Assembly (NCBI GenBank): GCA_016712355.1
Contig: JADJRF010000005.1
Location: forward strand, 1,997,184-2,061,183
Length of the DNA stretch: 64,000 nucleotides
Direction of reading: 5' to 3'
Origin: Vampirovibrionales bacterium
Lineage (GTDB): Bacteria; Cyanobacteriota; Vampirovibrionia; Vampirovibrionales; Vampirovibrionaceae
The position numbers and the translations under genes are program-made. This document shows, piece by piece, positions 49,629 to 58,708 of the stretch. The notes under the pieces are model-generated. The model did not search any database. It saw only the letters and a program-made list of their open reading frames with translations, and was not told the DNA's origin. Within the stretch, counting starts at the first letter, position 1. Each line of letters opens with the position of its first letter.

Positions 49629-50714
49629 ATGGGCGGCTCTTATAGTCGTTCGCCCAACTTTATCCCCATGGTGGGGCTCTCTATCCTGATTCACGCGCTG
49701 GTGGTGAGCTTCTTACTGGCGGCCTTCTTTCTGCTGAAGTTTCTGGGGTTTGATCTCAAGATGCTGGACCCGCTGGCCCTGCGCGATCGCGAGATTGAAT
49801 TCGTCCTGGTGAATAATCCCGCGCAAAAGCCGCGCGACCCGAACACGCGCAATCGCTCGGACCGCATGACCCGCTCCGGCGGCAAGAAAATCCCCAACCG
49901 GGTCCAAGCCGAACCCCAGCAGAAGGCCGGGCCGCAACATCGCGCGATTAGACCCACCCCGCCGCGCCCTGCCGCCAAGCCCACGCCGACCCCGCGCGCG
50001 CGCGTGACGCCCCAACCGCCGACGCCGCCAACGCCTCAGCGCGCACAGGCGCGCCCGACCCCGCCGCAGCCCAAGATGCCGCCCGCGCCGCGCGTCACCG
50101 CCAAAGCGCCTGTTTTACCGCCCAATCCGCTGGCCTCGGCCATCCGTACGCCTGCGCCGCCGACGCCCAAAATGGCCAGCGCCGGCCCGGTGCTGACCTC
50201 GCCGTTGTCCGGTTCTCCCAGCGGACGTTCCGGCCCGCCGCGCCCCACCCAGATTCCAGGCGGGACAACAGGCTTTTCCTCTCCCCGTTCGGGCAGTCCC
50301 GGCTCTCAGGCCGGGGGCGCGGGCGGTCGTAGCTCGTATAACGCCTCCGGTTCGCCCGGCGGCGGCGGCGGACGCGCCGGGATTGATTCGATGCCCGAGG
50401 CCGACTTCGGCCCGTATATGGCGGAACTTCAGCGGCGGATTCGTCGTAATTGGCGGCCCCCGCAGGCGCAGGAAGACAAGCGGGTCGTCGTATTCTTCAA
50501 GATTGCCCGCGATGGTCGCCTGCTGTCGGTCTCCACGCAGAAATCATCGGGGTTTGAGGAAGCGGATCAGGCTGCGTTGGCCGCCGTTCGGCTGGCTGCG
50601 CCCTTTCGCCCACTGCCGGCGGCCCACCCGGATAACGACGTCACCGTGCAATTCACCTTCGATTACAACGTCTACCGCAGTTCCGGCGGCGGGGGCGGCG
50701 CCCGGATTCGTTAG
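49629..50714 (+). CDS. TonB-family protein (N-terminal TM anchor, Pro-rich spacer, C-terminal TonB domain)
   Basis: LSILIHALVVSFLLAAFFLL anchor, a (P-x)n region, C-terminal YMAELQRRIRRNW...VVVFFKIARDGRL..V. Start is uncertain (track 49539). Confidence 0.55.
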   Translation: MGGSYSRSPNFIPMVGLSILIHALVVSFLLAAFFLLKFLGFDLKMLDPLALRDREIEFVLVNNPAQKPRDPNTRNRSDRMTRSGGKKIPNRVQAEPQQKAGPQHRAIRPTPPRPAAKPTPTPRARVTPQPPTPPTPQRAQARPTPPQPKMPPAPRVTAKAPVLPPNPLASAIRTPAPPTPKMASAGPVLTSPLSGSPSGRSGPPRPTQIPGGTTGFSSPRSGSPGSQAGGAGGRSSYNASGSPGGGGGRAGIDSMPEADFGPYMAELQRRIRRNWRPPQAQEDKRVVVFFKIARDGRLLSVSTQKSSGFEEADQAALAAVRLAAPFRPLPAAHPDNDVTVQFTFDYNVYRSSGGGGGARIR

Positions 50715-50849
50715 GGCGGCGGCGGCTTGCGCGCGGCATGTCTTTAAGGGACGATGTGAGGGGCCTTTCCCTTCCCCTCGCCATTACCATTGCGCGGGCG
50801 CGGGCGCGAGCGCGGGCCGGATTTTCAGCCAACCGCCGGGATTATTGCC

Positions 50850-52232
50850 ATGACGGCCAATCAGTCGATCACTCCCCTGACCTACGCCATTAACGACCAG
50901 GGCCACAGCTGCGTGGGCGGCGTGGATCTCACGGAACTGGCCGCCGCTTACGGCACGCCCCTCTATGCGCTGGACGCCGCCACGTTTCGCGCCATGGCCG
51001 CCGCCTATCACGACGCGCTGGAGAACCATTACCCCAAGGACGCGCTGGCGCTCTACGCCGCCAAGGCGAATCTGAGCATGGGGCTGTGCAAGCTGGCGGA
51101 TAATCTGGGTCTGGGGCTGGACGTGGTATCGGGCGGCGAGCTGTACACAGCGGTTCAGGCAGGATTTCCGGTTGAAAAGGTCTTCTTTAACGGCAATAAC
51201 AAGAGCGCCGATGAAATTGAACTGGCCCTTCAATACAAAGTTGGCCGTATTACCGTCGACAACCCGGACGAGCTGGCGCTGATCCACGAGGTCGCCTCGC
51301 GAAAAGGCGTCCGCGCCGAGATTCTGCTTCGCATCAGCCCAGGAATCGAGTGCCACACGCACGATTACATCAAAACCGGCCAACTGGACAGCAAATTTGG
51401 CTTTCATCTGGGCGAATTGTCGGCGGCGCTGGACGCCATTACGACCCAGTATCGCGACACCATGGCCCTCAAAGGGCTGCACGCGCATATCGGCTCCCAG
51501 ATTTTTGAGACGCGCCCCTACGAAGATCTCGTGGAGACGATGTTCAACATCTATTACAACATCCGCGCGTCGTACGGCGGACTGATTCTGCCGGATTTAA
51601 ACCTGGGCGGCGGCCTGGGCGTGGCGTATCAGAGCAAGGACGATCCGCTGAACATTGAGGACGCCGTGGCGACCATCTGCCAGAAAGCCGCGCGCTACGC
51701 CGAAAAGCTCGACTATCCCCTGCCGCGTTTGCTGCTGGAGCCGGGGCGCAGTATGGTCGCAACCGCAGGCATCACGCTCTACACCGTTGGCACGCGCAAA
51801 ACCGTGCCCGGCGTTCGCAAATACGTCTCGGTGGACGGCGGCATGGGCGATAACATCCGCCCGGCGCTGTATCAGGCGGAGTATTCGGCCACGCTGGCCA
51901 ACAAGGCTGCGCTGCCGGTAGACGAGACCGTCACCATCGCCGGAAAATACTGCGAATCCGGCGACGTGCTGATTCGCAAGCTGGAAATCCCGACGGCGGA
52001 GCCCGGCGACGTGCTGGCGGTTTTCGGCACCGGGGCCTATAACTACTCCATGGCCTCAACGTATAACCGCGTGCCGCGTCCGGCAATGGTTTTGCTGGAA
52101 AACGGAGCTGTTCACCTGCTGGTGCGCCGCGAAACCTACGACCACCTTAGCGCGCTGGACGTGATCCCCTCCTATCTGATGAACCCGGACCCCAAACCCA
52201 TTCCGCTCGCGGCCCAGAATCGGTTAGAATAA
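50850..52232 (+). CDS. lysA: Diaminopimelate decarboxylase
   Basis: Fold-III PLP decarboxylase motifs (ALYAAKAN Lys region, GGGLGV, EPGRSMV, CESGD). Start atg at 50850. Confidence 0.9.
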   Translation: MTANQSITPLTYAINDQGHSCVGGVDLTELAAAYGTPLYALDAATFRAMAAAYHDALENHYPKDALALYAAKANLSMGLCKLADNLGLGLDVVSGGELYTAVQAGFPVEKVFFNGNNKSADEIELALQYKVGRITVDNPDELALIHEVASRKGVRAEILLRISPGIECHTHDYIKTGQLDSKFGFHLGELSAALDAITTQYRDTMALKGLHAHIGSQIFETRPYEDLVETMFNIYYNIRASYGGLILPDLNLGGGLGVAYQSKDDPLNIEDAVATICQKAARYAEKLDYPLPRLLLEPGRSMVATAGITLYTVGTRKTVPGVRKYVSVDGGMGDNIRPALYQAEYSATLANKAALPVDETVTIAGKYCESGDVLIRKLEIPTAEPGDVLAVFGTGAYNYSMASTYNRVPRPAMVLLENGAVHLLVRRETYDHLSALDVIPSYLMNPDPKPIPLAAQNRLE

Positions 52233-52377
52233 CAGAGAGAGGCGAGCGCCGCTACAGGCGTATGGGTGCGTCGGCGCTCTTTTTCGCAGACGTGACGCAC
52301 GTGACGAGTCGGGAGGACGCCCTTCGTTGGACTGGGGTCATGACACAATCCAGTGGCTCAGCGCCCAGCGCTGGTTC

Positions 52378-53331
52378 ATGCGGGTGAATTGGCGTCAACT
52401 GGGGCAGTTGGCCTTTCTGGCGCTCGGCGTTCTCTACCTTTATATGCGCTTTATCCGCGGCAGCCAGGCGGAGCAGTTATTCAAGGGGCTGTTTGTCATT
52501 CTCATTGGCTTTCTGGGCCTGTATATTCTGGCGGATTATTTTAATCTGGCGCTGATTGGCGCGGCGCTTGGCTTTGGGATTCAGATTCTGAGCGTGGCCC
52601 TGATTGTGATTTTTCAGCCGGAATTGCGGCGGATGCTGTTGTTTCTGGGGCAACCCGACCTGTTTGGCGAGCGCAGCCTGACGGCGCCCGCCCAGGAGCG
52701 GCTGGAGCGCAAGTCGGAGTACCTGATCGACACGCTGACCGAGGCCGTGCGCTTCCTGAGCAAGTCGCGCACCGGCGCCCTGATTGTGCTGGAGTCTGAG
52801 AACGATGCGGGAAGCCACTATCTGGAGGCGGGCGCCCGGCTCGACGCGCGCCTGAGCGCCGAAGCGCTGCTGACGATTTTTCATCCCAAGACGCCGCTGC
52901 ACGACGGCGCGGTGATTATTACGCCCGGCAACCGGATTGCCGCCGCCGGCGTTCTACTGCCCCTGACCGAGGATCCCAAGCTAAGCTGGCAGTTTGGCAC
53001 CCGTCACCGCGCCGCCATCGGCCTGACGGAAGTCTGCGACAGCTATTGCGTCGTGGTTTCCGAGGAAAGCGGGACGATTTCCATCGCCCACAAAGGCAAG
53101 CTCGAGAAAATGACAGGCGCTGACGAGCTTAAAAAGCGTCTGGAGAAGATTTACCACGTCCATGCCGACCGAAAGCGCGACGCCAAAGAGGGGACGCGCT
53201 CCTCGCTGGCCGCCGGACGCGACGACGAGGCGGCTTCAGACCGATTTTCGGATCAACTCCGCCATCTTTTCGCCCACCGCGCGCCGCGCCGCCTGCGCCG
53301 CCTGATCGTCCGCAACCCCGACCGCCGCTAG
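52378..53331 (+). CDS. cdaA: Diadenylate cyclase (c-di-AMP synthase) CdaA
   Basis: Three N-terminal TM helices, then a DisA_N domain with DGA(VII) and GTRHRAA motifs. Confidence 0.85.
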   Translation: MRVNWRQLGQLAFLALGVLYLYMRFIRGSQAEQLFKGLFVILIGFLGLYILADYFNLALIGAALGFGIQILSVALIVIFQPELRRMLLFLGQPDLFGERSLTAPAQERLERKSEYLIDTLTEAVRFLSKSRTGALIVLESENDAGSHYLEAGARLDARLSAEALLTIFHPKTPLHDGAVIITPGNRIAAAGVLLPLTEDPKLSWQFGTRHRAAIGLTEVCDSYCVVVSEESGTISIAHKGKLEKMTGADELKKRLEKIYHVHADRKRDAKEGTRSSLAAGRDDEAASDRFSDQLRHLFAHRAPRRLRRLIVRNPDRR

Positions 53332-53347
53332 ACCCCGGAGCCAGAAC

Positions 53348-53386
53348 CCCAGCGCCCGTTTCGCCCCGCGACGACGGGCGTTGGCG
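53348..53386. repeat. GC-rich hairpin repeat, copy 1 (cgcccgt-14 nt-acgggcg)
   Basis: 39/41 nt identical to copy 2 at 53838..53876. Confidence 0.8.
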
Positions 53387-53487
53387 TAAGCGCGAACGGC
53401 TTCAGAAACCCAAGGTTGTCATATTGTTATTGTCGTAGTATATTCAACGCGTCTGACAGTCCTACGCCCCCCCAAGGAGATTCCCCC

Positions 53488-53814
53488 ATGCAAGTCCGCT
53501 TTGGCAAAATTTCTTATGAGCCGCCAAAAAAGAGTAAGGAAATAGAACACCAAGTCACACTTCCGGTGAGCTTATTTCTGAACCCGCAACAAGCCCAAAA
53601 ACTTGGTGGGGAGGAAAAGTACCTCTATATAACCGGAAAAGACGCTAAAGGGCTTATCAAAACCGTTAAAGAGCTTGAAAGTGAGTTTCAAAGTTCGAAA
53701 AACAATCCAAATCCTAAAAAGATAAAGAAGGCTATTGTTTGTGGTCTAGGACCCACATTTAATAAGATTGAAAAATTTATCCGCAAAAACCCGCCTCACA
53801 AAGCAGGCAAGTAA
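53488..53814 (+). CDS. Small low-GC hypothetical protein (108 aa), VRFGKI-family cassette gene 1
   Basis: AAGGAG RBS. N-terminus MQVRFGKISY. Lys-rich. Strongly AT-rich coding sequence relative to the flanks. Confidence 0.55.
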   Translation: MQVRFGKISYEPPKKSKEIEHQVTLPVSLFLNPQQAQKLGGEEKYLYITGKDAKGLIKTVKELESEFQSSKNNPNPKKIKKAIVCGLGPTFNKIEKFIRKNPPHKAGK

Positions 53815-53837
53815 CGCACACCCCCGGATTTCCACAA

Positions 53838-53876
53838 CCCCCACGCCCGTTTCGCCCCGCGATGACGGGCGTTGGC
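53838..53876. repeat. GC-rich hairpin repeat, copy 2
   Basis: cccccacgcccgtttcgccccgcgatgacgggcgttggc. Confidence 0.8.
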
Positions 53877-53975
53877 TTTAATGCAGCACACTCAAATAGG
53901 CTGAATATTGCGCTTGCAGGGAAGTTATAGTCGTAGTAGATTTAAATCCGGTTCGCGACAGAAGGATTTCACCCC

Positions 53976-54377
53976 ATGGACTCGATGAACGTTCGCTTTG
54001 GTAAGATTGGGTATACATACCGCAAAGGCACTCGCAATGTAGACAGAGTAGACGCTGGGCTTATTTTACCGGCAGACATGCTGAGAGCGCTTGGTTGCGA
54101 GCGCAAACGTGAACTCTACCTGACGGGTGACGACCGAAAAGCCTGGCGGGCCACTGAAAGCGTCGCTGTTCTTAAAGCGCACGCCAACCACCATCTTACC
54201 GATCCGAGGCAGGCCCAGCATATTCTGACGAACGTACTGCCGCAAATTGGCGAACGCTTTAAACAACTGCAAGCAGACGTCGCAAACTTTATCGAGACAG
54301 CCCCCTATAACCCTGAGCGTCTCGAAAAAACGATTGACGGACGTAAAACTTACTGGTCGTGGGAGGCTAACGCTTAA
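53976..54377 (+). CDS. Small hypothetical protein (133 aa), VRFGKI-family cassette gene 2
   Basis: AAGGAT RBS. N-terminus MDSMNVRFGKIGY. The stop overlaps the truB stop convergently. Confidence 0.55.
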   Translation: MDSMNVRFGKIGYTYRKGTRNVDRVDAGLILPADMLRALGCERKRELYLTGDDRKAWRATESVAVLKAHANHHLTDPRQAQHILTNVLPQIGERFKQLQADVANFIETAPYNPERLEKTIDGRKTYWSWEANA

Positions 54378-55309
54378 GGGCTCCCGGCGAAGGCTTTTTC
54401 GGGGCGGAGCTTGCGGTCGCGCCAACGGGCGACGGCGATCAGGCGATGCTCGAAGGTAAGCGCGCACAGGTCTTTGTCCTTGAGCGCGCGTAATGGCGCG
54501 GGCAACGCGTCGGCGTCCAGCGGCATCCCCTGAAGCAGGCGCGTTGCGGCGAGGGCGTCGGGTAACTCCCACTGAGGCAAGGCCAGATAAGGCAAAGGAT
54601 CGCGCAGAAAGTCACAAGGGCTGGCGGACTCGCGAAGCGCGGCCAGCGTGACGGAATCGGGCAAGAGGAAACGGCCGTGACGGGTTCGGGTCAGAGCGGC
54701 CAGCACAGCCCCGCAACCCAACGACTCGCCCAGATCGCGGGCGATGGCGCGCATAAAGGCCCCCGACCCGCAGGTAACGTCAATGACGGCTTGCGGACGG
54801 CCATCGTCGCCCAGCGTCAGGGCGTGAAGCGACAAGGACTTTAAATCGACCGTCTTGACGCGATCATCAATCGGGCGACCTTCGCGCGCCCACTGGTAGA
54901 GCTTCTTCCCGTCGACCCGCTTGGCGGAATAGGCTGGAATCCGCTGCTCGATCACGCCCGTCATGGCGAGTAAGGCCGCCTGAAGCGGGGCTTCGCTCAC
55001 GGCGGCCTGCGCCTGCTGGGCAGAAGCGCTGGCGTGGACTTCGCCCTCGCAATCGAGCGTGTCGCTCTCCAGACCGAAGACGACGCGCAGGCGGTAGGCC
55101 TTGTCGCTGTCCACATACTCGATAAGCCGCGCGGCAGGGCCGAGAAAGACCGGCAGGACGCCATCCGCCATCGGGTCGAGGGTGCCCGCATGGCCCACGC
55201 GCTTGAGACCAAAGACGCGGCGCACGGCGCTTACGACGTCGTGGCTGGTGATGCCGACAGGTTTATGGACGTTCAGGACAGCGAACACGCGCAACAGGCG
55301 CCTCATCAA
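54374..55309 (-). CDS. truB: tRNA pseudouridine(55) synthase
   Basis: VLNVHKPVGITSHDVV, HAGTLDPMADGVLPV (catalytic Asp), and a PUA-like C-terminus. Confidence 0.85.
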   Translation of the reverse strand: MMRRLLRVFAVLNVHKPVGITSHDVVSAVRRVFGLKRVGHAGTLDPMADGVLPVFLGPAARLIEYVDSDKAYRLRVVFGLESDTLDCEGEVHASASAQQAQAAVSEAPLQAALLAMTGVIEQRIPAYSAKRVDGKKLYQWAREGRPIDDRVKTVDLKSLSLHALTLGDDGRPQAVIDVTCGSGAFMRAIARDLGESLGCGAVLAALTRTRHGRFLLPDSVTLAALRESASPCDFLRDPLPYLALPQWELPDALAATRLLQGMPLDADALPAPLRALKDKDLCALTFEHRLIAVARWRDRKLRPEKAFAGSP

Positions 55310-55389
55310 AAACTCCGCCTTGACGGCCTGGGGCCGAGGGCGGAATAATCATCTTACCGCCAACCCTGGCGGAAACCAACGCGTGGTAT

Positions 55390-55465
55390 GCGGGCGTAGC
55401 TCAGCTGGCAGAGCGAAAGCTTCCCAAGCTTTAGGTCGCGAGTTCGATCCTCGTCGCCCGCTCCA
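55390..55465 (+). tRNA. tRNA-Gly (anticodon CCC)
   Basis: Manual cloverleaf fold: acceptor gcgggcg/cgcccgc, D-arm gctc..gagc, anticodon arm aaagc-ttCCCaa-gcttt, T-arm gcgag-ttcgatc-ctcgt, discriminator U plus CCA. Confidence 0.8.
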
Positions 55466-55560
55466 ACGCCTGAAGACGCAAGAGGCTTTCAGAGAGGGGA
55501 GTCCGCTTTGCTGCCGCGTGGGGGGCATGGTTGATTTTTGTTTCAATTTTCAAAAAACGA

Positions 55561-55589
55561 TTGATTTTTGTCACGAAATTCAATAGAAT
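55561..55589 (+). promoter_or_regulatory. Candidate sigma70-like promoter (TTGATT-17 nt-TAGAAT) upstream of hicA, with an 11-bp direct repeat (ttgatttttgt at 55531 and 55561)
   Basis: Spacing is exactly 17 nt. The repeat overlaps the -35 box. Confidence 0.4.
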
Positions 55590-55628
55590 GAAAATAAGGG
55601 CCTTTAAAACCCGATGCCATTTAAGCCC

Positions 55629-55832
55629 ATGAAATTGCGAGATTACTTGCGCTGGATCGGCCAATATGGCTGGTCGCTTAAAAAATCGGGTGTGGATTGG
55701 TCGCTGATAAACGCTGAAGGCCGTCGCGTGATTCTCAATATCATTGTGACCCATCCTGGCCGCGAAGTGATTCCGGCCAGCGTGAAGAGAACGTCTCAGG
55801 CCCTTGAGGCAGAAGGGTTCTCGCAGGACTAG
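55629..55832 (+). CDS. hicA: HicA-like (YcfA/HicA family) mRNA interferase toxin
   Basis: MKLRDYLRWIGQYGW...HPGREVIPASVKRTSQALEAEG matches the HicA profile (KxxExxxxLxxxGW ... H ... I ... kqaG). About 68 aa. Confidence 0.5.
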   Translation: MKLRDYLRWIGQYGWSLKKSGVDWSLINAEGRRVILNIIVTHPGREVIPASVKRTSQALEAEGFSQD

Positions 55833-55860
55833 CCCCTCTCGTCAAGGAGGAATCGCCGGT

Positions 55861-56232
55861 ATGGTTGAGTTGGATCGCCATTTTGACATGGCCCGCGCGG
55901 AAGTCGACGGCGTACAACCGCAGTGGTCGCCGGAGGATCAGATGTATCTGGTCGAGCATCCCGCCTATCCAATGGTGATGCACGCCGACCCGGACCCGGA
56001 GAAGGCCCTGACCGGATATTTCCGGGCCCTGCGGCAATTTGTGAAATACCGACTGGCGGGCGAAATCGCCGATACGACCGAACAGGCGACCTCGGGTCGC
56101 GGCGGCGCGCGAGAAGGGGCCGGACGCCCCCGCAAAAATGAGACCAAAACCGTTCGCCTGCCCGTGGATATGGCCGACTGGCTGCGGGATCAGAAGCATC
56201 AGGACCAGGTGCGGCGCTTGATGCAGGGCTGA
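55861..56232 (+). CDS. hicB: HicB-like antitoxin (N-terminal HicB fold + C-terminal RHH-like DNA-binding tail)
   Basis: AAGGAGG RBS. YLVEHPAYPMVMHADPDPEKALTGYFRALRQFV matches the HicB N-domain pattern. C-terminal GRPRKNETKTVRLPVDMADWL. Confidence 0.5.
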   Translation: MVELDRHFDMARAEVDGVQPQWSPEDQMYLVEHPAYPMVMHADPDPEKALTGYFRALRQFVKYRLAGEIADTTEQATSGRGGAREGAGRPRKNETKTVRLPVDMADWLRDQKHQDQVRRLMQG

Positions 56233-56625
56233 ACCCCAGCGGTTTGGGCTTGCCTTTGGGGGGCGGGCGTGTCATGGTGGAGGGGACTGATTTTATCAGT
56301 TCGGGTTTATGTTGCGTTGTCTGCGGCTCGCCCTCCTGCGCCATTACGGCGCGTTGTCTCGCTGAGGGCCTCCCGGTTTTCGATCCAATTTGAATCCATG
56401 ATTTGAATCTCCCCCGATTTAAATCGCGTGATTGCGAGTTTAGAGGGTTTTTGACACGCCGCCGCTGATACCGGCCATCGCCGCCGAATCCTCTGAGTCT
56501 GACTCTGATTCCACCGCAGAACCTTCGGCAGGTCGGCGCGCCCCATGCGCGATTCCCAGCCTGAAGACCAGCGGAGCGGCTCGCCAATCGCATTATGCCC
56601 CTCCCCACAAAAGGATGCTTATTTG

Positions 56626-57753
56626 ATGACCTCCCTCCATTTTGACGCCCTGTCGCTGACCCCCGAAACGCGAAAGGCCATCGACGAGATGGGCTACCGC
56701 CAAGCGTCTGCGATTCAGGCGCAAACGATTCCCCTGATGCGCCAAGGGCTGGACCTCATCGGCCAGGCGCAGACAGGAGGCGGCAAAACCGCCGCTTTTG
56801 CGATTCCGCTGATCGAGCGCACGGACCCGCAGGATATGTATGTTCAGGCGCTGACACTGTGCCCGACCCGCGAACTCGCGCTGCAGGTGTGCGGCGAGTT
56901 TCAGAAGCTGGGTAAATACCGCCGCTACTTCTTTACGGCGGCACTCTACGGCGGACAGCCCATTGAGCGCCAGTTGCGCCAACTTCGCCAGCGGCCGCCC
57001 ATCGTGATCGGGACGCCGGGGCGCGTGCTGGACTTGATTCGGCGCGGGGCGCTGGATTTGTCCCGCGTCAAAACCGTGGTGCTGGATGAAGCCGATGAAA
57101 TGCTGAACATGGGATTTCGTCCCGACATTGAGCGGATTCTGGCCTATACGCCCGAGACGCGGCAAACCGTGTTTTTCTCGGCCACGATGCCGCGCCCGAT
57201 TCTGGAGATGAGCGCGCGGTATTTGAAGAATCCGCAGCATATCCAGGCGCAGCGGCACGATGAGCCGGTGGCGGAAATCGAGCAGTCGTATTTTGAAGTG
57301 CCGCGCGCGGGTAAAATGGCGGTGCTGACCCATTTGATCGCCGAGCGACCGAGCGCGCGCGCGCTGATTTTCTGCAATACCAAGTGGGGCGTGGATTCGC
57401 TGGTCAAACGGCTGAAGAATCTGGGGATTGAGGCCGAAGGGCTCCATGGCGGCAAAACCCAACCGCAGCGCGACCGCATTATGAACAGCTTCCGTCAGGG
57501 GGCGACCCATTTGCTGGTGGCAACGGACGTGGCGGCGCGCGGCCTCCATGTGGATAACATCGAAGCCGTGATTAATTACGACCTGCCTAAAAATACCGAA
57601 TTTTACGTCCACCGGATCGGTCGCACCGGCCGGGCTGGGAAATCTGGGCGGGCGTTTACCTTTGTGGAGGCCAGCGAGTTTCAGCAATTGCGCCAGATTC
57701 GCCGCTACGCCAATGCGCGTCTGGTTCGTCAGGAGCTTCCGGCGCGGGCCTGA
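56626..57753 (+). CDS. DEAD-box ATP-dependent RNA helicase
   Basis: Q-motif, AQTGGGKT (motif I), PTRELA, DEAD (VLDEADEM), SAT, HRIGRTGRAG. Confidence 0.85.
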   Translation: MTSLHFDALSLTPETRKAIDEMGYRQASAIQAQTIPLMRQGLDLIGQAQTGGGKTAAFAIPLIERTDPQDMYVQALTLCPTRELALQVCGEFQKLGKYRRYFFTAALYGGQPIERQLRQLRQRPPIVIGTPGRVLDLIRRGALDLSRVKTVVLDEADEMLNMGFRPDIERILAYTPETRQTVFFSATMPRPILEMSARYLKNPQHIQAQRHDEPVAEIEQSYFEVPRAGKMAVLTHLIAERPSARALIFCNTKWGVDSLVKRLKNLGIEAEGLHGGKTQPQRDRIMNSFRQGATHLLVATDVAARGLHVDNIEAVINYDLPKNTEFYVHRIGRTGRAGKSGRAFTFVEASEFQQLRQIRRYANARLVRQELPARA

Positions 57754-57901
57754 CGCCGCACGGCTTTCCATGTGATGTTGTAAAAGCGAACGCCCCCTTG
57801 CGCTGACAAGCGGGGCGTTTGCGGTAGTTTTCTGTTTTTTGCGCGCGGCAATAGGGACGCCCGGCGTCCCTTGCGCTTGCGATACTGCGATCGCAGGCGC
57901 G

Positions 57902-58708
57902 CTAAGGCGGATGACGGCTGTCATCGGCGTAGCGCTTGGGTTCTGGCTGTTCTTGCGCCAGTCGAAACGTCTCTATCACGCGGCGATCGCGCGCGCTGGG
58001 TCCCGTAACCGGCTGAATAGGCGCGCGTTCTGGCCGTGGCAAGTCGCCTTCGCTTTGTGGCGGGACGATTCGCCAGCCCGGCGGCGGCTGTAAGGCGCGT
58101 GCCACATCGTCGAGGCGCTCGGGACTGATATCGGGATCGCGCCACCAGCCCTCATAGTTGACGCCGCCCCATTCCGGGTTGCTCAGCAGAATGCGCTGAC
58201 GCCGAAGCAGGTCAATCCAGCGCAGGCGCGGAAAATTCGGCGTTCGCTCCCGCACCGCGCGCGGATTGGGCGCAGGCTCGCCCCATTGCGCGCACAGCAG
58301 CTCGCCATCGTCTTGCGCCGCGCGTGGGCGCGTGGGGCGGGCGGGGTCGTCGCTCTCCGTCATCGGCGCGTCCAGACTGCGCAGCGCCCAGTCGGAGGGC
58401 TTGGGCTGCGGTGGATGCTTTGGCTGGAGCATCGTCAGCAGGCGATCGATGAGATTAATGGCGCTTTCGGTCGGGGTTTGCGGCTCGACGCCCGAAAGGG
58501 TCCGGTTAACGTCGCGGCGCATGCGGCGCGCCATCAGCGCCGGAAACCAGTATTTATGAAAATAACTCGCCCACGCGCGGACCTTCTCCTGAGAATCTGC
58601 GTACAGGGCGTCCATCAGGGTGCTGAACAACCCGACATTGGTTAGCAGCGCCATAAAAAACGGCGCATACCGATAGGAGGACCTTCGCGCCCACATGGTC
58701 GTCGTCAA
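57902..58708 (-). CDS. Hypothetical protein
   Basis: Long ORF with native GC composition. No recognisable motifs. Confidence 0.4.
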   Translation of the reverse strand: MTTTMWARRSSYRYAPFFMALLTNVGLFSTLMDALYADSQEKVRAWASYFHKYWFPALMARRMRRDVNRTLSGVEPQTPTESAINLIDRLLTMLQPKHPPQPKPSDWALRSLDAPMTESDDPARPTRPRAAQDDGELLCAQWGEPAPNPRAVRERTPNFPRLRWIDLLRRQRILLSNPEWGGVNYEGWWRDPDISPERLDDVARALQPPPGWRIVPPQSEGDLPRPERAPIQPVTGPSARDRRVIETFRLAQEQPEPKRYADDSRHPP

